A stretch of DNA of 63,700 nt, filler included, from Trichosphaerium sp. ATCC 40318 (taxonomy: Eukaryota > Protista > Tubulinea): the NCBI GenBank assembly GCA_038496445.1. It is 3 parts of 3 records of this genome, joined end to end, with 100 filler letters (N's around TTAATTAATTAA, not from the genome) between each part and the next. Parts side by side here need not be neighbours in the genome. Positions count along the whole stretch, not along the records: positions 1 to 24,589 come from JALMLS010000084.1; 2 more parts are not named here. One strand, given 5' to 3'. Positions within the stretch are counted from its first letter, which is position 1. Each line of letters begins with the position of its first letter. Below the pieces are notes generated by a model that saw only the letters and a program-made list of their open reading frames with translations, had not been told where the DNA came from and ran no database searches. A program made the translations under genes and the position numbers. Positions 1-13,864 of the stretch are shown one piece after another.

Positions 1-449
1 ACCTATTTCAAATCGCTAATTTTATGCTGACGTTGACACACAACTTCTTAAAACCATTCAAAGAACTCAATGAGCTGATGTGGTGTTAACAGTTTAAGGA
101 TAGATCTTTTCCAAAAAGTGACGCACCTGTCATGTGAACATGTATCGACGGCCACTAGTGCCAAACAATGCATTACCTATCGCTATTGCACAAAGAAATA
201 AATAAGTGCTAAAATGGCTAGTTCAATCAAACTTTAGTTTATACTTCATACAATGTACAGCTCTGTCTATTTATGCACAGGTGTAGTATAAAAGGAGCAC
301 AAACAATAGCATTAATTTGTCACTCCGTATGTTTCCCAAACGTGTAACAGATGAGGTAGCAAGGTGCTGGATGGTGCAAATGAAACTTACAGAAACACTC
401 ACAAAGATGATTATTTTTTCATATTTAAAAATACACGATGAAAACCTAG

Positions 450-980
450 TCATTTGCCATTGACATAACTTTGTACTATCCGTAATTGACCACCTTTGTA
501 CCACTCCTTGTACTCTCCTTCTCGTTGACCATTTACAAAATGACACTTTTTCTTTAATTGACCATTGTTATACCAAAACTTAAATTCTCCTTCTCGTTGA
601 CCATTTATAATATAATACTGCTCCTTTAATTGTCCATTTCTGTACCAATACTTGAACTCTCCTTCTCGTTTGTCATTAAAATAGCAGTACTGCTCACGTA
701 GTTGGCCATTCTTATACCAGTACTTGTACTCTCCATCCTGTTTGCCGTGTTTCCAATGAATTTGACAAATTAGCTTGTTACCTTTCCTCTGTTGCCATTT
801 TCCATGCTTTTTCAGCTCATCATCATACCTTGTTGCCATTGCTGCATGTTTTGAAAGAAGCGGGTACTTATTGTACACTGTAACGTCTAAATCAATAATA
901 TCGAGCTGAAGCTCAACAGGAAGGTGTAATAGAAGGCAATTATGTGTTAATCCCTCTGTATTGGTTCTTCGGCACTTCAT
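450..980 (-). CDS. F-box-like + MORN-variant (MORN_2/YwqK-like) repeat protein
   Basis: Intronless 176-aa ORF; N-terminal LLHLPVELQLDII resembles the start of an F-box; tandem 24-aa repeats G(E)YKYWYKNGQLRE-x-YxNG/D. Confidence 0.8.
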   Translation of the reverse strand: MKCRRTNTEGLTHNCLLLHLPVELQLDIIDLDVTVYNKYPLLSKHAAMATRYDDELKKHGKWQQRKGNKLICQIHWKHGKQDGEYKYWYKNGQLREQYCYFNDKREGEFKYWYRNGQLKEQYYIINGQREGEFKFWYNNGQLKKKCHFVNGQREGEYKEWYKGGQLRIVQSYVNGK

Positions 981-1252
981 TTACAACAAATAGGTCACGT
1001 GATGCAGGGGGTAAGGATTTTTATTATTATTTCATAAGTTTCGGCATTTTTTAAGGTCATAGCAAAGTCCTGTGCACGAATCTGCATCACCCACTGGACC
1101 GTATTTTCATACAGCACAAAGCTAGGGTTGAACTGCATTTGCTCATTAGCTTATGGTACTCACGTGCCAATATCAATCATTCTCAAATGATAAATGGAGC
1201 ACTACAATGTTACCATCAACAAGGTGACTCTACTTATGTTTGAGTATAAGCC

Positions 1253-1308
1253 TATGAGCAAGATTAATCGAATGAACACCCTTCAACTCTTTTATACCCT
1301 CATCTGTA
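1253..1308 (-). other. Isolated single LRR module (TDEGIKELKGVHSINLAH) outside any gene
   Basis: 53/56 nt identical to 19874-19929 of the F-box-LRR gene at 19746-21402; also present in cassette copy B at about 10263-10317. Confidence 0.85.
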
Positions 1309-1558
1309 GTTGTTGTCTATAACGTAAATTGGTACAAGTATTTTTACTTGTATATTACCATAGTAACCAGAAGAATGCAAACAAGCTACACAAGTGAACT
1401 ATTAGTTAGGGTTTCTGCAGTTTTGCTATGTTTAACATTTTATTAGTTACTCTCAATTAACAGGTTAAGCTTATAGATGACATGACCTTTGTTGTATACA
1501 ATTTTGTGATGTCCACAAACATGACATGACATAATTAATAACATATGCAAGCCTGTAA

Positions 1559-2800
1559 CTACATAATTACATGAACACCAATAAAGCTCTCATCTATGTT
1601 ATGTATACCAGAAATATTAATCGGCCGACCACCAGCTAAAGCCTTAATACCTTCATCTGAAACTTTCGTATGATGTAGAGTAATCATATGAACACCAACC
1701 AGTGCCTTCATACTTTCGTCTCCTATGTTTTTGCAAGCGCTAATATTAATTGTATGAACACCAGCCAACGCCTTTACACCATCATCTGTCACTGATGTGT
1801 AGCTTAAATTAATCGTGTGAACTCCAGATAGTGCCATAATGCCTTTGTCTGTTACTTTAGTGTTGCTAATATCAATTGTGTGAACACCAGACAACGCCAT
1901 GATACTTTCATCTGTAACGTTGGCTGCCCATCTTAGAGTAATCTTATGAACACCAGCCAAAGTTTTGACACCTTCATCTGTTACGTATGTATTAGAAAGA
2001 TCAATTGTATGAACACCAGCCAACGCCTTTAAACCATCATTTGTCACTGATGTGTAGCTTAAATTAATTGTGTGAACTCCAGATAGTGCCATAACGCCTT
2101 TATCTGATACTTTAGTGTCATGGCTAATGTCAATTGTATGGACACCAGACAACGCCAGGATACTTTCATCTGTAATGTTTACGTACTGTAGACTAATCTC
2201 ATAAACGCCTGACAGTGCTTTGACAGCCTCTTCTGTTACATAGGTATCAGAAAGATTAATTGTATGAACACCTGCAAGTGCTTTTACACCTTCAGTTCGT
2301 ATGTATTTGCAATAGCACAAATTAATTGTGTGCACGCCAGAAAGTGCCTTAACTCCCTCATCTGAAACGTTAGTGCCACTAAGTATAATTTTATGTACTC
2401 CTGCCAGTTGTTTAAGATGATCATCAGTTACAGAAGTATAGCTAAGGTCTAGACTTCTTATAGCTTTAAAGTCAGTAAAATCGATTTTTTTTGAAATCTT
2501 CTTCAGTTTGAGGGTAAAAACGTCCTGTACGAACTCAAGGTATTTTTGTTTCATACTGAAGAGGATACTAATATTACTTGTTTGAAGAACACGTGGTGAT
2601 TTTCTGAACAGTTTTTTAAGCTGTTTAGTTGTTTTTATTTCAATGTCTTTCCGGTTGTATTGCAAGTGATGTAAAGCTATTTTACGCATTATTTTACACG
2701 TACACACCATTGGCCTCATAGATTCCGTTGAAACGAACCGGAGTATATGAACGATAACTTCGACAGGAACCTCACCAAAGAATGCAGTCGTGTTGTCCAT
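1559..2800 (-). CDS. F-box + leucine-rich repeat protein (VTDEGVKALxGVHTIxLS type)
   Basis: Intronless ORF, first ATG at 2800 (MDNTT); F-box-like VPVEVIVHILRF...CTCK, then about 13 LRRs of 21-22 aa. Confidence 0.88.
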   Translation of the reverse strand: MDNTTAFFGEVPVEVIVHILRFVSTESMRPMVCTCKIMRKIALHHLQYNRKDIEIKTTKQLKKLFRKSPRVLQTSNISILFSMKQKYLEFVQDVFTLKLKKISKKIDFTDFKAIRSLDLSYTSVTDDHLKQLAGVHKIILSGTNVSDEGVKALSGVHTINLCYCKYIRTEGVKALAGVHTINLSDTYVTEEAVKALSGVYEISLQYVNITDESILALSGVHTIDISHDTKVSDKGVMALSGVHTINLSYTSVTNDGLKALAGVHTIDLSNTYVTDEGVKTLAGVHKITLRWAANVTDESIMALSGVHTIDISNTKVTDKGIMALSGVHTINLSYTSVTDDGVKALAGVHTINISACKNIGDESMKALVGVHMITLHHTKVSDEGIKALAGGRPINISGIHNIDESFIGVHVIM

Positions 2801-3028
2801 TGTAGTTGTGTTAGTTGATAACAGAAAGTGCTTGACCAAACTCAAAAAAACTAGTCAAAGGTACTGAAGACACATCACGTGTAAATACGAAAAATTCTGT
2901 TGAGTTATTTCCGAGGTACTGCAAGGCTGAAACAGAAAAAAATAAAGGATAAACGAGGTTGATTTTCAAGTGGTAGATTTTTTTTATTTCTTGTTTGTTG
3001 TACATATACATGAATGAGAAATAAGCAC

Positions 3029-5567
<2,539 letters not shown>

Positions 5568-5720
5568 TATTTGTACAGAAACGAGTTGTTTGAACTATAC
5601 GGTGGCCTGAAAACTAGTATTATTTTCGCCTCTGAGCAACCAGCGTTGACTGTGTGAAAGTTGTACCACTTTGCCTGGTGTGCCTTCATAAGGCGTATCA
5701 GCGCTTGTCTACATTGTATA

Positions 5721-8700
5721 ATGAACGTTAGACGCTTTTTGTCAGAGTTACTCACTATCATACTTTTTGTAGTTTCTTACTTCTTCCAATCAGTACGTAA
5801 AATGCACAGATGCTTTATATAATTGCTTAATATGCTTTTTAAACAATAATTACTCTTTGTATAACGTATTAATTCTTCGGCTCACACTTGTACTAAGGTT
5901 AAACGCCCTATAAAACGTATATTCTATCCGAAACCATCTACGAAATCAAATGATATTGTGACAACCCAAGTGAAGAGCGGGAGCAGTCTCACTCAAAAAG
6001 AGCTAGATGAGACATGGGAGAGGTTCAACGAGTTTTTTGAGAAAGAAATGGCTTCAAAGTCCGAATTCGCCAAGTATCTATCTGCAAAAAACAAAGATAT
6101 CATATTAATCAAGGTACAAGCGTGATTTTAGCGAATTTAACGCTTATCTGTCATTTAAAATGTCATTTTTTTGGTGAATTTCCGGAAAAAAAAAAATTGC
6201 TAGAGCTTGTTTCTTGGAACATACGTTGCGTCTTTTCACAAATAACTTTGTTCAGGATATTACAGAGACTATTGTTGGATTTGTTATTCTTACGAGAATG
6301 AAAAAGGAGATAGGTGGGAAGAAACTCAATGTTGTTAAGAATGTACGCATCGATGCATCTCATCTTGTTTCGCTTCTATTTCTCGCACTGCAGCAGCATC
6401 TTTTTTTGATTGCATATTTTTTCTCTACGTCAACACGTGCTAAGCACGTTACTGGGGCGATAACAACGTGTTGTTATGTTAATCAATTTTTTTTTTTTCA
6501 GGATTTTTTTGGTCTTAATCGAAAGTTTCGGCAACAGAGTGCCCCACTCATATCTATACTTGCGTATGTTGTTCAATGCTATCTAGAAGACTTTACAACA
6601 CCACTGTACGCATGATTCAGTCGATTATTCATTTGTTTGTGTTCACAATCAACGTTAAGACTTTTCTTCAAAACAGGTATTATTTTTTTATCACCTACAG
6701 CTACAAATCATACTTGTCGTTTGGACGTGCTGTTGGTGAATATTGGCCAAGGCATAGTGTAGAAGTACCCACTTATGAAAAACTTGTACTTGATAAGTTA
6801 GGAGAAGAAGCAGCAGAGGATTGGGGAGTACGTTGATTTTTGTTTTGCAAAGCAATTAACTAGAAGCTATTGGAACCAAGAATGACCGTTTTCTACTAGG
6901 ACTATGACCCAAAGACTTGCGTTATAATTGATAGAGCGAAAGGAACACAAGGTATAATATTGAGCTATAAACTATTGTCACACTCGCAACAGCATGTAGT
7001 TTGATATGTTGTTTTTTCTTTTCTCGTTTTGCGAGAATTTTGATTCACTTATGTTGTAGGTCGTGCTGCGCTTACCGGATCTGCACCGCCTCAACATGAA
7101 TTATCACAGTCTATAGACTTCTATTTAGAAACAAATCCTAACTTCCGAGAGGTAAGAGAGGACTATTGTGCTGGGTGCTTGTTGTCATGTTTAATTTAGG
7201 GAAATTGTCTTAGTGTTCTTTGTAAAGTTAGCTTGAAGACGCTGTGGAGAGGCGCATTAAAATTTATAAGAAGAACACAAGCCAATGTACGTATTCCTTT
7301 TTATTTAAAGTTGTAATACAGTTTCATGTTGTTGCACGTGCCAGCGTACAAAAAGCATATTCGAGATTTTTTTATTAATTTGTTCTCTCTTTCTAGGCAC
7401 GGCGGAAAAAACAGATTGCTGCGTATAACAAAAAGTATAACGAGCAACAAGCCCAAAACCCAAGCCCAAGGTCTTCATCTGAAAGGCACGTCGCTTTTGG
7501 AAAGCGTCCAAGGCGTTGTGGTGAAAACGAAACGGTATAGATAGCAACTTTGCAACTTTGGTTTTTTTCAAGTTTTTTTTTGGTTGAAAAGATATTAATA
7601 CCTACCAGTACATTCTGGGAATTATACCTATTATTTAATATTTAGAGCTATTTAGAATGATTGTGAGGAATATGTATTCGTACTTGGCCAGGATTTCAGT
7701 AACGAGCTGAAGCGTAAATTACACGGAAAATCAGAACCGATCTTGCCATCAACACTACACCCGTACTTTTTTTACAAAATTGCTGAAATGAGTAATTACT
7801 CTTTGCATAAGTAACAAGTTTAGGTACTTTAATAGATTTGTTGCAAAATGGAGGAGAACAGAGCCTAAAAAAATAGAATCACAGTTTAATGAAAATTATG
7901 AACAATTTCGATTCAATGATGGTGATGTTGTAGTTCACTTTGCTCGTGTTGCTGCACATGATCCTAGAGAAACACCTATATTATTAATACACAAGTACGC
8001 AAACATAATACCAAATACCCTATCATAGTTAACAAGTGTGGTTGTGTGTTAACATTTATTCTCAATATTTCATTTGTTGACTTTTTATTCATAGTTGGCC
8101 TTCTTTGTTCTGCGAGTTTAAAAAGTTAGCTCCACTCCTTTCTGAAGCAAAAACTGGAAAGAAATTCAATGTTATATTAGCATCAATTCCAGGTAACGTG
8201 ATAGACTTGTTTTTTAGTTGGTGCTGCATTTTGGTCAAGTTCTTTTTTTTTCTTTCCTTTTGGAAAATCGGACTACAAAAGCATTTTTTTTGATAGTCTG
8301 TTTTTGGTTTCACTTGTCCTATTTCTGAAGGTTGTTTGCTTATTTTACTACTTTTCATAACTGCAAGTATTAATCATTTATGCTTTATAGGGTTTCCTTA
8401 CGGTACACCGCGAGATAGACATTTCGATATTGTTGATGTTGCATCTTCATTTGGAAGACTGATGATAAAGTTAAATTACACAAGGTACAAGCACTTTACG
8501 ACCACTATCCCTATTATATGCTCACCTATATTTTAAAGATACTGTATACATGGTAGCGGTGAGTTTGGTAGCATAATAGCTTCTTGGATGGCTTCAAAGT
8601 GCGTTTATTTTAATCTCTTCATTTTTTACCATAAGAACGACAGTAGCTCTTATAATTATAAATTGATGCTTTACAATCGTTTTGTGCTCTCTATTATAGT

Positions 8701-9566
8701 TTATATTACGCTTTTTCAATATACACAATATACAGGCTAATAATCGTTCGGTGGAGGAAAGCCATTCTCTTTTTTTTTGTTATTCCGTTTTAGCTTTTTC
8801 TTATTTGTTTTGCTCACTTTAAAACTTACTCTGACATTTGTAGGTATCCTGATAATATTATTGGTATTCATATAACCAATCCTATACCTAAGATGCCACG
8901 ATCTTTTGGAGAACACGTACATGACTATAAAGTCAACACAGTACTAACATATTTTCTTTAGTTTTCAAATTTTTACTGCTGGTCACTTCGAAGATTGATT
9001 TGCACTTCCGAAGAGTATTCATCACTTGATGCGTTTGAGAGGTCAGGAGGTACTCAACAATGTTCTTATTTGAATGGAACTATGAGTATTCTTGAAGATC
9101 AGGGTATAACAATGGCATTAAGCGACTCTCCTGTGGAATTAGCTGCTTGGCTTGTTGAGAAATACCAGTTGCGTTCTTACTTTTTTCGTATTTTTACTCA
9201 TTCCCTTTTACCTAAAGGTTGTGGACAGACTGTCAAGGTGACTTGAGTAATATCCCTGAATGGTCTGATGAGTACTTGATGCTTCTTTCTACTCTTTTCT
9301 TTAAGTCAAAGTCAATTTCTTCTTGTATTAGACTTATTATTGCCTCTGCAAAGACACAGACTTTGTGTAGTCCTCAATCTGGTATTGAAGTACCAGTAGC
9401 TGTACAGATATTTCCACATTTACCACACTTTCCAAGGTGTATGTGTGAAGGGACGTATAATATATTCAGATGGAGAGTTATGAAAGGAGGTGGTGCATTT
9501 CCTGCTTTGGAAAGACCAAAGGAACTCGCAATGGATATTCAAGAATTTTTCAGGAAACTAAAATAA
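5721..9566 (+). CDS. Multi-exon fusion: N-terminal TM anchor + uncharacterised (GNAT-like?) domain + microsomal epoxide hydrolase-like alpha/beta-hydrolase
   Basis: Exon 1 (5721-5792) is hydrophobic and splices in phase 0 to 5898; later exons give PILLIHxWPSLFCEFKKL, NVILASIPGF, ALSDSPVELAAWLVEKY, VPVAVQIFP and GGAFPALERPKELAMDIQEFF, typical of EHN-family hydrolases. Confidence 0.75.
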
Positions 9567-9832
9567 TAAAAGACAACACATATCTTGTTTTGCACCAAAT
9601 CAATGTGATATTGTGCGTTACAACCAAACTACCCAAATAACTTGATAACATGATAGTTTTCACTAGTTTCGCTAGTTTCTGCGACAGCCGCTTGTGTCAG
9701 GTCGTTTCTTCAGTCAAAACTCTTGAGAGCGCTGTAGCAAAAGGAAACTTTTGATATTTTGCTTAATTTATCTATTTTGATAAATTGTTTGTAAAGGCTA
9801 CTTCGGATCTATAAGCTTAACCTGTTAATTGC

Positions 9833-10092
9833 GGACCCACGTTTTTTCCGAATTTTTCAGAAAGAAAAAATTCGAAAAAATAGAATTCGATACAAAAACC
9901 GAATGCCTATACCCACCAATGGATTACTATATGTGAGCGAAGGTCGGGTTCTAGTTCTGAGCACAGCGAGGACCCGACCGTAAAGTGAACCAGGCGCTTT
10001 CTAGTTTAGTGGACTGCCCTAGCTATGCATCTTTCTGCGAATTCTATTTTTTCGAATTTTTGTTTTCGGAAAATTCGGAAAAAACTGGCCCC
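9833..10092. mobile_element. 260-bp MITE, Mutator-like (GG..CC ends, ~58-bp imperfect TIRs, 9-bp TSD)
   Basis: GTTAATTGC is duplicated at 9824-9832 and 10093-10101; TIRs contain TTTTTTCCGAATTTT...TTCGAAAAAATAGAATTCG; the empty site is visible in copy A at about 1452-1460; internal hairpin GGTCGGGTT...GACCCGACC. Confidence 0.85.
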
Positions 10093-10550
10093 GTTAATTG
10101 CGATTAACTAATAACATGTTAAACATAGCAAAACTGCAGAAACCCTACTAAGCTGTAACTGTGAATAGTTTGCTTTGCTCTGCCGTAGCTTGTTTGCATT
10201 CTTCTGAATGGTTACTATGGTAAACAAGTAAAAATACTACCAATTTACGTTATAGACAACAACTACAGATGAGGGTATAAAAGAGTTGAAGGGTGTTCAT
10301 TCGATTAATCTTGCTCATTACAGTCACCTTGTTGATGGTGACATTGTACTGCTCATTTGAGAATGATTAATATTGGCACGTGAGTACCATAAGCTAATAA
10401 GCAAATGCAGTTCAACCCTAGCTTTGTGCTGTATGAAAATACGGTCCAGTGGGTGACGCAGATTCGTGTACAGGACTTAAACAATGCTGAAACTTATGAA
10501 ATAATAATAAAAATCCTTACCCTGCATCACACGTGACCTATTTGTTGTAA

Positions 10551-11012
10551 ATGAAATGCCGAAGAACCAATACAGAGGGATTAACACACAATTGCCTTCT
10601 ATTACACCTTCCTGTTGAGCTTCAGCTTGATATCATTGATTTAGACGTTACAGTGTACAATAAGTACCCACTTCTTTCAAAACATGCAGCAATGGCAACA
10701 AGGTATGATGATGAGCTACGAAAGCATGGAAAATGGCAACAGAGGAAAGGTAACAAGCTAATTTGTCAAATTCATTGGAAACACGGCAAACAGGATGGAG
10801 AGTACAAGTACTGGTATAAGAATGGCCAACTACGTGAGCAGTACTGCTATTTTAATGACAAACGAGAAGGAGAGTTCAAGTATTGGTACAGAAATGGACA
10901 ATTAAAGGAGCAGTATTATATTATAAATGGTCAACGAGAAGGAGAGTACAAGGAGTGGTACAAAGGTGGCCAATTACGATGGTACAAAGTTATGTCAATG
11001 GCAAATGATTAG
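10551..11012 (+). CDS. F-box-like + MORN-variant repeat protein (paralog of 450-980, one repeat shorter, frameshifted tail)
   Basis: Near-identical to 450-980 but lacks exactly one 24-aa repeat (FKFWYNNGQLKKKCHFVNGQREGE); an indel near the end changes the last residues. Confidence 0.78.
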   Translation: MKCRRTNTEGLTHNCLLLHLPVELQLDIIDLDVTVYNKYPLLSKHAAMATRYDDELRKHGKWQQRKGNKLICQIHWKHGKQDGEYKYWYKNGQLREQYCYFNDKREGEFKYWYRNGQLKEQYYIINGQREGEYKEWYKGGQLRWYKVMSMAND

Positions 11013-11518
11013 GTTTTTCATCGTGTATTTGTTTTTACATGAAAAAATAATCATCTTTGTGAGTGTTTCTGTAAGTTTCATGAGCATTTGCACCATCCAG
11101 CACCTTGCTACCTCATCTGTTACACGTTTGGGAAACATACAGAGTGACAATTTAATGCTATTGTTTGTGCTCCTATTATACTACATGTGCGTAAATAGAC
11201 AGAGCTGTACATTGTATGAAGTATAAACTAAAGTTTGATTGAATTAGCCATTTTAGCACTTATTTATTTCGTTGTGCAATAGCGATAGGTAATGCAGTAT
11301 TGTTTGGCACTAGTGGCCATCGATACATGTTCACATGACTGGTGCGTCGCTTTTTGGAAAAGATATCCTTAAACCGTTAACGCTTCATCAGCATTGAGTT
11401 CTTTGAATGGTTTTAAGCAGTTGTGTCAACGTCAGCATAAAAAATAACGATTTGAAATAGGTGAAAGCACAACCATCTACGCATAAGGACAAAGAATAGA
11501 CCTAATCCAAGGACAAAA

Positions 11519-12096
11519 ATGAATATTCAAACTAGCAGCGTTATAAGAGGTTTAATTGCAGGGATAATATTTGGATTGCTAAATGTAGCATTACGGTACT
11601 GTTGTTTTATAACTTTATGTCGTTCTTTAACACGTGGGTTTTTTTTTTTAGGCTTATTGTTGATAGTGATCTTCCAACGAACAGATTTTCTTTGTACCAC
11701 ATGATTTTATTGTTTGCTTATGAACAAGGGATCGTTTTCTACTTTATAGGGTTTAATTTGGGCAACGTACGTTTGTGTTGTTTGTTTTGCTTTCTAGAAA
11801 AAGCATCGTACATGTTTTTTTACTAAGTTATTTAGAGCGTGCGCAGTGATATTACATATCTTTATTTTGGAATACCAATGGGACTGTTGGCTATTATGGT
11901 ACCTTTCTTCTCAATGTCAGGATTGGTGTATGTTAGTATTTACATGATCTTTCTCCCTTTTGCACTTGCAATTTTTTGTTTTGCTGGTTTTCCTTTTCTT
12001 GTCATTCCGTTTTGGTATTTGGCAATACCTTTTTGTTATTTCATCGAAGAACCAATATATCAAGCGCTAAGGAAAATGGGTGTAAAACTGTACTAG
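11519..12096 (+). CDS. Small multi-pass membrane protein, 3 exons, unknown function
   Basis: Hydrophobic exon segments (GLIAGIIFGLLNVALR; MILLFAYEQGIVFYFIG; GIPMGLLAIMVPFF...IPFCYF) separated by GT..AG introns. Confidence 0.6.
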
Positions 12097-13864
12097 AAAG
12101 TTATTGTGTAATAACAAAGCTATGCAAAAAGCAACTTCACATTTCTCCTTCGCCTTTGTTACTACTGTTAATGATCAAAGTAAGTTGGAGTGTTTGTATC
12201 AAATATATATACAATATGTTAGTAAAAGACGGCGGAAGTAGGCTAGTGGAGAGTCAACTTAATAGCAAATAGATATACTTTATTTTTTTTTTCTTCTAGC
12301 ACTTGCTAAATTTTTCTTTTACAAAGACTCATGTGAGCCTTGATCCATATATCTATTATACGTGTACACCTACACTAACGTATCTTTCAAGGGCTATGAA
12401 TATATTCTTAAATCGATTAATGCTACAGTGTGTGTTCACTGTACTTTACTCAAAGCGAATTCAAATCAGTCACAACTATCCGCATCACCATTGACAAGGG
12501 CTACAGGTATGTCCCATATTTTTCAATTTTGCTCTATGCTACCTGCAGCGTTTTGTATCATAACATAGGCCTATACTTCACTGTAGCCTCAAACATTGTT
12601 AAACTTATTCTCATAATTTTCTTACCTCACTAGTATGTTTTTGCAGAATTATCATACAAAATTGCTTTCTCTTATGATTCAGCATCCAAAAACATTAAAA
12701 AACTTGCTGTTTTCACAATTCTGTTTACATTCAATTGGATGCAATGCTTGTAACAGTTTGTGGTATCCAAAGCTAAAGGGGACATTACCTGTATTTTTTA
12801 GGCTAAGAAAATCAACAAACAATATTGTAACACGAGAATTAAGATATAGAGAGCCGTCGAAAATACGGCAAGTGTTTTGAGTATACAATTCAAAGCCTGG
12901 TAAATTGTGTAAGTGGTTCCTAAGAACAAGATAAAAGGAATTTAAACACGTTTTCCTCACGTGATATATTTTTTTAAGTTCCGCCCTTTGTTACTGTTTT
13001 CTTCTAGATGGTGAGTTTGATGCAAGTAATTTCGTACCTTGTTCTGTGATAGATATTATTCGAGGCAAGAATTACTTTCTCAGGAACACACCAGGCGGCA
13101 TGTTTCAGTTACACAAAGCAATCGCCACTGCTCTTAACTCTCATGTTGACAAGCACTATGATCGCTTTACTGAGGACGCTGAAGTAACTGGTTTCGCCCC
13201 AGCATTAGTACCTGTAAAGATTATAAGAATATAACATTATTTACAGAGTGCAACTCTGTAGAATTAATCTGTGCACCTGAGATCCCTTCACATGAAAAGG
13301 TAATCAGTAATCAGTACTGGTTCGCTTTATTGCCTCATTCGCGGCCTGCTAAACAAGTACCAGTGTTAACTTAGTCTAGCAAATATTATCTGGGGACTCC
13401 ATCCAGTATAATGAAGATGTTTTTTTGGATTTCTGCCCGTTTTGATTTTTGTCAAACCTTTGGTCCGAGTTTGCCGGGACGCCATGTAAAGGGAAATCCC
13501 TGCGTCGCCTCCATTGTACCAGAAGATCAGCATGCACTAAGTCTCATACTACAGCGACTTATGTGCAAGCCAAAACTTCGGCCACAAACTAACTTGTAAC
13601 TTAATGCTGATAAGCCTTGTACCAATAAACAACAATTATTATGATTGGGCCAAAATTGACAATATAATCAAAGGGGATGCTCTTTGACAAAGGCGCTCTG
13701 TCTTCAGTGGATCTAGTGTAACCACAAGCAGATTTATTCTACATTTTGGTACACTCATGCAATGTTGAACAAAAAAGTAACAAAAACTGAATTCTTACAC
13801 AAAAGAAAAAAGGATTGTAGGGTGCAGGAGTTTTTTGATTGGTTACTACTTGCCTTTGTTCAAT

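Larger units (their letters stand above)
1..1476 (-). repeat. Copy A of a ~1.5-kb F-box-MORN cassette (inverted duplicate of 9807-11462); runs off the window start
   Basis: The reverse complement aligns continuously with 9807-11462 (e.g. 1-70 vs 11395-11462, 1406-1476 vs 9807-9832 plus 10093-10147), with scattered substitutions and indels. Confidence 0.92.
9807..11462 (+). repeat. Copy B of the F-box-MORN cassette
   Basis: Inverted duplicate of 1-1476 with an extra 260-bp insertion at 9833-10092. Confidence 0.92.

Noticed and set aside
5600-5608. Rpn4/PACE-like GGTGGC site upstream of RPT3
   Set aside because: Only a 6-nt match, and Rpn4 regulation is fungal; nothing else here supports it.
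9817-9828. TTAACCTGTTAA as a piggyBac terminus of the MORN cassette
   Set aside because: Homology between the copies extends past the TTAA, and no inverted partner end was found.
12300-13600. Short ORFs that might be a transposase or gene remnant (likewise 15500-16900)
   Set aside because: Fragmented, with no motif I can assign.
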